NCBI GenBank assembly: GCA_963779925.1
Contig: CAVZZS010000011.1
Coordinates: 34,974 to 98,973 of the forward strand
Direction of reading: 5' to 3'
DNA length: 64,000 nucleotides
Source: an uncultured Nanoarchaeota archaeon
GTDB lineage: Archaea; Nanobdellota; Nanobdellia; Pacearchaeales; GW2011-AR1
The notes beneath the pieces are model-generated. The model was not told where the DNA came from. It was given only the letters and a program-made list of their open reading frames with translations, and made no database searches. Below, piece by piece: positions 1 to 6,820 of this stretch. Position 1 is the first letter of the stretch, and each line of letters opens with the position of its first letter. Made by a program: the position numbers and the translations under genes.

Positions 1-1177
1 AGATTTTCTATGCACTAATCCAACATTGGGAACAAATTGCGCAATGACCAAACAAACTACTTGCTTAAGCACAGCAGATCAAGTTTACTTCATAGACAGC
101 TGTGGGAATCCCGCAAATGTTTATGATGCAAGCAAAGCTAGCGATACAAATTATTGGAGCTATGTTGCAGGAACTAATGGTGTAACCTTAAATAAAGGAG
201 ATGGAGCAAACATCGAGTCACAAACAAACGGATACTGCAATTATTTTTCAGGAAGCACCTGCATGCAATATAGCAGCACAATAGACGGAAGCAAACCAAA
301 TTTGATGGGAGATAATATCTGCAGGGACGTAAACTGCAAATCAACATCAGACTCGTTCGTCCAATTGTTCAATAGCCAATATGGAAGAACACCCGCTAAC
401 GGGGAAAGCTGGTGCGGAACAGAAACTGCAAGCAGCATCACATTGGAACCGAATGGAAATCCTGGTGTTTCTTCAACAAGCATTTCAAGCTATGACAAAA
501 GCGGAAATAACCCTGGAAGCACAGAAGTTCTTTTTATATGCGCAAATGGAAAAGTAACAACACAGGTCGGTGCGAATTACAGAAATTATATTTGCATTCA
601 GAATAAAACTTCAAATGGATTTATCAGCGCAGCATTTGTCGTCAATAGATGGAATGACTGCATAGCACAGAACAGCAGCAAAAATTGCCTGAATACGGAC
701 CAGAGAGACTGCCAATGGATTACAGGAGCTAGTGTCCAGAAAGATTCTAATGGACAGCCTTTGGTTTGGGACCAGACTCAGGATTTGCTTGTTCCAAGCT
801 CCGGAGCTAGCGATACGAGGCAAGAAGCTTCATGCGTTCCAAAATATCCTTCTGGCTTTGATACATCTACATCAAACACATGCGGATCTGCAAGCAGAGT
901 ATGCTATGTAAATTACACACAATCTCCAACAGATGCAGCCACGGGATATTGGAGAGTTGATAATAGCAGTGGAGCAGTTACATGCTTAGGCAATTATAAT
1001 GATCCAAGCAAACCACAGGTACTTTCTGATTGGCAGAGTAATCTAACAAATCTTTGCAGTTCGATGGGGGACTGCGGAATAAGCATAAATTATGTCAATA
1101 CTAATGGGGCAAATGGGGTAAGCGATATTTTCAGCGTAATTTTAGGAAATACTACGGGGGAGAAATTGAGCTTATGA
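1..1177 (+). CDS. Cys-rich, Ser/Thr/Asn-rich secreted surface protein (N-terminus lies upstream of window)
   Basis: The frame of ORF 26..1177 is open back to nt 2 with no stop, so the gene is 5' partial. The 383 visible aa have about 25 Cys in paired spacing and many N-x-S/T sequons, with no TM segment. The stop overlaps the next start (ATGA at 1174). Confidence 0.5.
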   Translation, partial: DFLCTNPTLGTNCAMTKQTTCLSTADQVYFIDSCGNPANVYDASKASDTNYWSYVAGTNGVTLNKGDGANIESQTNGYCNYFSGSTCMQYSSTIDGSKPNLMGDNICRDVNCKSTSDSFVQLFNSQYGRTPANGESWCGTETASSITLEPNGNPGVSSTSISSYDKSGNNPGSTEVLFICANGKVTTQVGANYRNYICIQNKTSNGFISAAFVVNRWNDCIAQNSSKNCLNTDQRDCQWITGASVQKDSNGQPLVWDQTQDLLVPSSGASDTRQEASCVPKYPSGFDTSTSNTCGSASRVCYVNYTQSPTDAATGYWRVDNSSGAVTCLGNYNDPSKPQVLSDWQSNLTNLCSSMGDCGISINYVNTNGANGVSDIFSVILGNTTGEKLSL

Positions 1178-2427
1178 TTAAAAAAAGAACATACAAAAAA
1201 GGAACAATGGCTTTAAGCCAGATATTAATTTTAATATTAGGAACAATTGCATTTACTTATATTATCGGAAGTTCAATTGGATTTGTAAGCGCTACGGAAA
1301 ATTTAGGAGATCCGTGTGTTGGAGTTGGAGATAATCCTACCTGTGCGAGTGGTTATTGTGATGGAACAGTATGTGCAGAAAGACCTGCAGCAACAATTTA
1401 TCCAGATGGCTCTCCATGTATTCTTCCTTCAAGCAGTGATCCTACTTGCTTAAGTGGATATTGTGATTCAACTTCCCGTTGCGGTATTGCACCCGCTTCT
1501 ACAAATCCCCCTGCAGTAACAAGTGGACAACCTGCAACAGCAATAACAACAACTACAACATTAATCGCAGATTTAAGCCAAGGTTGCGGAACAGATAACT
1601 CAAAATGCCAAAGCGGAATATGCATCTCTGATACTTGTGTCCCCTCATCGAGTGGTAATACTAATATTTCAGGATTATTAACTGTTACAGCAGGAGGATT
1701 AAACTCAACTACTCCGGCGACACCCGTTGATTGGGGTAAAATTGGAGGAATAGTTGTGTCTCTTATAAAAGACATAGGAATTGCTGCGGGAGCCGCTGCA
1801 GCAGTTTATGCTGGTCTTCAATGGCTTAAAGCTACATTAGGAGTAACACCAGGAAGCCAGTGGAATTATTTGTATACTGGAGCTCAATTTATAGCAACAG
1901 GGGCAGTATTTGGTGCACTCGCTATACCAAGCGTTTTAACTGACTTAGGTGTTACTGCAGCTTCAGCAGGTTTTTGGGGATCTGCATTAGGCGGAGGATT
2001 AATCGGAGCAGGGTTAGCATTAATTGCTTATTTGGCATTATATAAAACTACAAAGATAGATGCCGTCCTCGTGAATTGCGTTCCATGGCAAGCACCAACA
2101 GGAGGAAATGACTGCGCTAAATGTGGGCAGAATGGATTGCCTTGTACAGCTTATCAGTGCACTAGTTTAGGTCAGGCTTGCAAATTAGAAAATGGCCAGA
2201 CAGGTCAAGGCAAACCGATATGCGTATGGGCAGATCCACATGATATAGTTCCTCCTACAATGACTTTCTTGAATGTGCTGCCAAGCGGCGTATACTTACT
2301 CTCCATTAACCGCTACCTATCCCGGAGATACGGGAGTATTAATACAATCAGGCCAAAATGGCGGAAAGATCCCCCCCTATACAGCATTGACTCTCGGAAT
2401 TACAACGGACAAAGCTTCACAATGTAA
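1174..2427 (+). CDS. membrane-anchored Cys-repeat protein; 3' end probably frameshifted into next ORF
   Basis: The N-terminus is basic (RTYKKG) followed by a hydrophobic helix, possibly a class III signal. Three PTCxSGYCDxTxC-like repeats are followed by a Thr-rich linker and then Gly-zipper hydrophobic segments (GxxxG runs). The last 50 codons are Arg/Tyr-rich and unlike the rest. Confidence 0.45.
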   Translation: MIKKRTYKKGTMALSQILILILGTIAFTYIIGSSIGFVSATENLGDPCVGVGDNPTCASGYCDGTVCAERPAATIYPDGSPCILPSSSDPTCLSGYCDSTSRCGIAPASTNPPAVTSGQPATAITTTTTLIADLSQGCGTDNSKCQSGICISDTCVPSSSGNTNISGLLTVTAGGLNSTTPATPVDWGKIGGIVVSLIKDIGIAAGAAAAVYAGLQWLKATLGVTPGSQWNYLYTGAQFIATGAVFGALAIPSVLTDLGVTAASAGFWGSALGGGLIGAGLALIAYLALYKTTKIDAVLVNCVPWQAPTGGNDCAKCGQNGLPCTAYQCTSLGQACKLENGQTGQGKPICVWADPHDIVPPTMTFLNVLPSGVYLLSINRYLSRRYGSINTIRPKWRKDPPLYSIDSRNYNGQSFTM

Positions 2428-3571
2428 AATAGATCTTGTAAGGCAAGATTCTTACGCTAATATGAGCCTTACAATGTTAGGAGGAATAGATGGGACAGAA
2501 GGAATGGTAGGATATAACCACACTATAAGTATTCCTATTTTCCCAACAACATCAAGTACAAGCGTGGCAGTACAAAATAGCGGACTAGCCAATGTGTATA
2601 TACGATGTCAGAATGCAAACGGATATTCCGATGTCAATGCATTTGATATGCAGTTCAATGTTGACACAACTCCAGATAGAACAGCTCCTCAAATTATGGG
2701 AGAGAGCATATTGAACGGAGCTCCAATACCATTTGGAACTACTTCAACCAGCGTTAATGTTTATGTAAACGAGCCAGTAAGCGGATGCAAGTGGAGCCAT
2801 AATAATTATGCTTACAGCAATATGGAAAATAATATGACCTGCAATAATAATATCATGAACAGTAAGGGGACATATGCGGGTACATTCACATGCATTGCAA
2901 ATCTCGACGGATTAAAGAACGGAATAGAGAATGATTATTACTTCGCATGCAATGATACAAGCGGAAATGTAGATACCCAGACTTACAAATATGACTTAAT
3001 GGGAACACAGCCCCTAGTAATAAGCTCTGTAAGCCCAACCAATGGGACGCTAATACAAGACTCTACTAACAGCATCAAAGCAACATTAAATGTGCAGACA
3101 AATGCCGGACAGAATCAGGGGCAGGCGACATGCTATTACAGTAGCAGCGGAAATCCAGGAAGCTATTTGCAATTCTCAAATACAAATTCATACCAGAGCT
3201 CTCAGGATTTATGGCTTCCTACAGGAGCTTATACCTATTACATAAAGTGTATTGATCTCGGAGGAAATGCTGCTTATTCATCATTAAATTTCAACGTCCA
3301 ATCAGTAACTCAGCCTCCAAATATAGTCAGGGCTACACATGACGGAACAAATTTAGATATACAGACAAGCACCAATGCTACATGTGTTTATGATATTGTT
3401 GATTGCACATATGCTTTCACAGATGGAACATCCATGTCGACATCAGACGGCATAACACAATCGACAACTTGGGTTGCTGGAAGAACCTACTACATAAAGT
3501 GCCAGGATTCATTCGGAAATCAGCCTGCACCAAACAGCTGCAGCATAATCTTAAGTCCTTCCCAAGTTTAA
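2273..3571 (+). CDS. Ser/Thr/Asn-rich extracellular repeat protein, likely continuation of the 1174 gene
   Basis: A TGA lies immediately before the first ATG in this frame. Composition matches the upstream gene. Internal ~100-aa repeats end in Y-(Y)-I-K/R-C-x-D-x-x-G-N (YIRCQNANGYS, YFACNDTSGN, YYIKCIDLGGN, YYIKCQDSFGN). Many N-glycosylation sequons. Confidence 0.45.
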   Translation: MCCQAAYTYSPLTATYPGDTGVLIQSGQNGGKIPPYTALTLGITTDKASQCKIDLVRQDSYANMSLTMLGGIDGTEGMVGYNHTISIPIFPTTSSTSVAVQNSGLANVYIRCQNANGYSDVNAFDMQFNVDTTPDRTAPQIMGESILNGAPIPFGTTSTSVNVYVNEPVSGCKWSHNNYAYSNMENNMTCNNNIMNSKGTYAGTFTCIANLDGLKNGIENDYYFACNDTSGNVDTQTYKYDLMGTQPLVISSVSPTNGTLIQDSTNSIKATLNVQTNAGQNQGQATCYYSSSGNPGSYLQFSNTNSYQSSQDLWLPTGAYTYYIKCIDLGGNAAYSSLNFNVQSVTQPPNIVRATHDGTNLDIQTSTNATCVYDIVDCTYAFTDGTSMSTSDGITQSTTWVAGRTYYIKCQDSFGNQPAPNSCSIILSPSQV

Positions 3572-3614
3572 GTTCTGATTACCGAGGGAAAGATTGCAGA
3601 TACAACACATTCTT

Positions 3615-3630
3615 CTAAAAATTTATAAGC
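3615..3630 (+). promoter_or_regulatory. BRE/TATA-like element (ctaaaaa-tttataag) about 25 nt upstream of the pilin gene ATG
   Basis: The purine-rich BRE-like stretch plus tttataag box is centred about 25 bp before ATG 3651. This is consistent with an archaeal leaderless transcript. The AT-rich background makes it only suggestive. Confidence 0.3.
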
Positions 3631-3650
3631 TTTATTCTGTTATTTTAATC

Positions 3651-4082
3651 ATGAATAAAAGAGGACAGATACAGCTTTCTTTCGGAATGATTTTTTCAAT
3701 AATACTAATCATCGTTTTTATCGCATTCGCAATTTATGCGATAATACAATTTCTCGGGCTTCAGAACAGCATCAAAATAAATACATTTTACAGCACGCTG
3801 CAAGGCGATGTAAACACGATCTGGAACTCTGCACAAGCCACTCAAGCGAAGTCATATAACTTGCCAAGTTCGATAAAAGAAATTTGCTTTACTAATACCG
3901 GAAGCGAGAATCTGATAATATATACCGACAATAACCGCCCACAGAGCAGCCATAATATCGACAATCTGAATATCACGGCAATGACCGCCCAGGGAGAACC
4001 TTGCTTCAATGTAATCAAGGACCAAGTGAATTTTGTTCTTCAGAAAAATTTTGGAGACACATTAGTAACGATCAGAAAATAA
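3651..4082 (+). CDS. archaeal type IV pilin-like protein (class III signal peptide)
   Basis: MNKRG|QIQLSFGMIFSIILIIVFIAFAIYAII carries a basic residue, Gly at -1 and Gln at +1, followed by a hydrophobic helix. This is the motif processed by EppA-type prepilin peptidases. ATG at 3651 is used rather than the upstream in-frame M at 3594. Confidence 0.6.
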   Translation: MNKRGQIQLSFGMIFSIILIIVFIAFAIYAIIQFLGLQNSIKINTFYSTLQGDVNTIWNSAQATQAKSYNLPSSIKEICFTNTGSENLIIYTDNNRPQSSHNIDNLNITAMTAQGEPCFNVIKDQVNFVLQKNFGDTLVTIRK

Positions 4083-4083
4083 A

Positions 4084-5041
4084 ATGAGAATGAAAAGAGG
4101 ATTTTTGGAAATTTCTTTTGCCTGGCTTTTTGCAATTATCGCGGGGGCAGTGATATTGGCGCTTGCAATTTTTGCAGCAACAAAAATAATCAATATAGGG
4201 CAATATGCTACGGGGGCCCAGACCCAAAATGAGATTGCAGTCTTGCTTAATCCTTTAGAGACCAGCTTCCAGGAAGGGCCAGGTAACATCCATCGGAATA
4301 TCCGGAGACACAAGAATCTACAATCAATGCGATGGCACAAGCGGAATATTCGGAAATCAGATCATAAGCACTTCGCAGCAAAATTTCGGCAAATGGTCAA
4401 CGCCGACAAATGGCGCGGCATTCGAGAATAAGTATATCTTCTCTAACAATATAGTGGAAGGCCAGCAATTCTTTCTTTTCTCAAAGCCATTTGATTTTCC
4501 TTTCAAAGTATCTGATGTTATCTACATGACTTCTTCATTGACCAACTATTGCTTTGTAAATCCTCCTTCAGCAATTCAGGATGAATTATCCAGCCTGAAT
4601 GAAAACAATATACTATTGGAAAATGATACTACTTCATGTCCTACTTCAAGCTTGAAGGTTTGCTTCTCTGGAGAAAATTGCGATGTAAATGTAGATTACG
4701 TCAAGGGGATAGTAAGCAAAAGCAGCAATAACAGCACAGTTCTGTTTTACAGTGATGCCCTTATGTACGGAGCTATTTTCTCAGATAAGACTGTTTACGA
4801 ATGCCAGCTTAACAGACTGATGGAAAGAGAGGCCCAGCTTTCTTCACTTTATATTGACAAAGCCAATACACTTGCCAAGATTGGATGCAGTTCGAATCTC
4901 GTCTCTGATTTGACACAGTTAAGCAGCTCCTCAAATTCTTTTTCAAATTCCGCAGATCTCAACGGGATTATAACCCTTGTAAATAAATTACAGCAAGAGA
5001 ATGACATGTCGGGCGGAGGCAATTCGTGCAAACTTTGGTAA
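4084..5041 (+). CDS. type IV pilin-like protein with apparent +1 frameshift near 4275-4285 (pseudogene or sequence error)
   Basis: The N-terminus MRMKRG|FLEISFAWLFAIIAGAVILALAIF is a class III signal. The frame-1 product then becomes Arg/His-rich nonsense. Frame 2 is open from 4259 to 5041 and encodes a native-looking Ser/Thr/Asn-rich sequence (QVTSIGISGDTRIYNQCDGTSG...) continuous with ORF 4454..5041. Confidence 0.5.
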
Positions 5042-5042
5042 A

Positions 5043-5558
5043 ATGAATAAAAAGGGGCAATTAAAGATACAGCAAATGATCATTATGCTACTTGCAGTCA
5101 CCTTGTTTTTTGTTTTGGCCGGAATGCTCGTGCTTGTTACACAAGTCTCCGGCTTGAAAGCAAAAGCAACAATAATACAATCGGACAATGCAAAACTCCT
5201 CGTCTCTAAAATTGCTGATTCTCCGGAATTCTCATGCGGAGCAAGCTTCGGAACGGAAACGGGCTCATGCATTGATGCAGACAAAATCATAAATTTGAAA
5301 AGCAGCATAAGCAAATATGGGAATGGAAATTTCTGGGGGGTCCAGGGGCTCCAGATAAGAAAAATTTATCCAGAAAATAACGGAACAGAATGCACTTCAT
5401 CTACCTTTCCAAATTGCGACACAATCACTTTAATACCAAGCAGTAATGGAACAGGCGTGTCCAATTTTGTTTCTTTATGCGGGCAATATAATGTGAATGG
5501 ACAAATAGATTCAAGATGCGATCTAGCTAAAATAATTGTAGTCTACCAAGGAGCATGA
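5043..5558 (+). CDS. archaeal type IV pilin-like protein (class III signal peptide)
   Basis: MNKKG|QLKIQQMIIMLLAVTLFFVLAGMLVLV has Gln at +1. The ATG at 5043 directly follows the previous stop. The C-terminal domain is Cys-containing and Ser/Asn-rich. Confidence 0.6.
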   Translation: MNKKGQLKIQQMIIMLLAVTLFFVLAGMLVLVTQVSGLKAKATIIQSDNAKLLVSKIADSPEFSCGASFGTETGSCIDADKIINLKSSISKYGNGNFWGVQGLQIRKIYPENNGTECTSSTFPNCDTITLIPSSNGTGVSNFVSLCGQYNVNGQIDSRCDLAKIIVVYQGA

Positions 5559-6040
5559 TATTTAATAAAAAAGCACAGGAGGAAATGGTCGGATTTGCAT
5601 TGATCATAATAATAGTAGCAGTAATATTATTAGTCTTTCTCGGATTCTTTTTGAGCAAACCTACCAGTCAGACTGTGCAAAGTTATGAAGCAGACAGTTT
5701 TGTAAGCTCTATGCTTAAATACAGCACGCAATGCCAGGATTATTATGGCTATATTTCCGTTACAGACCTGATTTTTATGTGCAATTCCGGCACTTTATGC
5801 AATGATAATGAAGATCCTTGCGCGGTCTTAAATTCTACTTTAAGCGGAATATTAAGCCATAGCTGGATTATTGGGCAAGGAAGTTCAATAAAAGGGTATT
5901 CTCTGAACATAAGTTCAAGCAATGGAGAGATCTACTCTATAAAAGCGGGCAATATAACTTCCAGTTCAGAAGGCTCTTCTCAGGATCTGCCTCCAAAAGA
6001 AGGAGTTTCGGTAAATGTACTCTTTAATGCTTATTCTTAG
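5555..6040 (+). CDS. archaeal type IV pilin-like protein (class III signal peptide)
   Basis: MIFNKKA|QEEMVGFALIIIIVAVILLVFLGFFL has Gln at +1. There is a 4-nt start/stop overlap with the previous gene. Confidence 0.5.
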   Translation: MIFNKKAQEEMVGFALIIIIVAVILLVFLGFFLSKPTSQTVQSYEADSFVSSMLKYSTQCQDYYGYISVTDLIFMCNSGTLCNDNEDPCAVLNSTLSGILSHSWIIGQGSSIKGYSLNISSSNGEIYSIKAGNITSSSEGSSQDLPPKEGVSVNVLFNAYS

Positions 6041-6043
6041 GTA

Positions 6044-6397
6044 CTACAATTTAACCCAGATATTTAATGTATCTACTACAATTACTGGCCTTAATCTCTT
6101 TCTTTTTTTAGATGATTCTTCCTTGAGTTCTATAAAGCCAAATTTCTTTAGAAGCTTAACATCATCACTTACAGCCTTGAAACTTCTGCCTAGCTTCTTA
6201 GCAAGCTCATAGATCGAAGAAGGATTTTGCGTTTTAATGGTGTTCAATATTCTTGCCTTTTCATTGCTGAATATCTGCCTTAGAGAAGAAACATTCTCGA
6301 GACTATAGTTTTTTGAAGAACCGGGCTTAAATATAGAAAAAGCCCCCTTAGATTGAATGATTGAAATCTCCTTTATTTTTGTCTTTTCTTTAGCCAT
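6044..6397 (-). CDS. small winged-helix (HTH) transcriptional regulator
   Basis: The 117-aa protein has a segment ARILNTIKTQNPSSIYELAKKLGRSFKAVSDDVKLL typical of ArsR/MarR-like HTH. It is convergent with the pilin cluster and divergent from the S-layer gene. Confidence 0.4.
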   Translation of the reverse strand: MAKEKTKIKEISIIQSKGAFSIFKPGSSKNYSLENVSSLRQIFSNEKARILNTIKTQNPSSIYELAKKLGRSFKAVSDDVKLLKKFGFIELKEESSKKRKRLRPVIVVDTLNIWVKL

Positions 6398-6820
6398 TTT
6401 TAACTCAATTTTTCTCTTAAGAGGATAGTAGTTATTTCTATTTATATAATAATATAATATACATTCTATTTATATATTTTTTTATTAATCATATTTACAG
6501 TTAAATAATTCCGCATATTTACATAAAGCATTATTTTGTATTTACCGTCTAATAGTGTCAAAGTATTTATAAATAAAACCTCCAAAATGAGCAGGTTTGA
6601 AATAGACCGAAAAATCAGGATAGCAAGGTTTTTAAAGAAAATTTGACAAAGATATATTACACCCTTACAGGTGTTCTTAGTGGGGACTAAAAGAAAGATG
6701 AAAATGAATATAACAAATTTATGTATGCTCACCCAACAAAGTAGTTTTACCCCACAACTCTTTGAACGGATGAAGTTGCCTTCGGCAACAGATTATATTA
6801 TTGAAAGGAGGTTTAATTAA

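Noticed and set aside
2371-2377. C7 tract as a bona fide phase-variation switch
   Set aside because: The frame discontinuity appears to lie about 60-100 nt upstream of the tract. The tract is noted as an error-prone site, but it is not demonstrably the switch.
6466-6732. 88-aa ORF in the AT-rich S-layer upstream region
   Set aside because: It is composed almost entirely of Ile/Phe/Leu/Asn/Lys codons from A/T runs. The region is better explained as promoter/leader.
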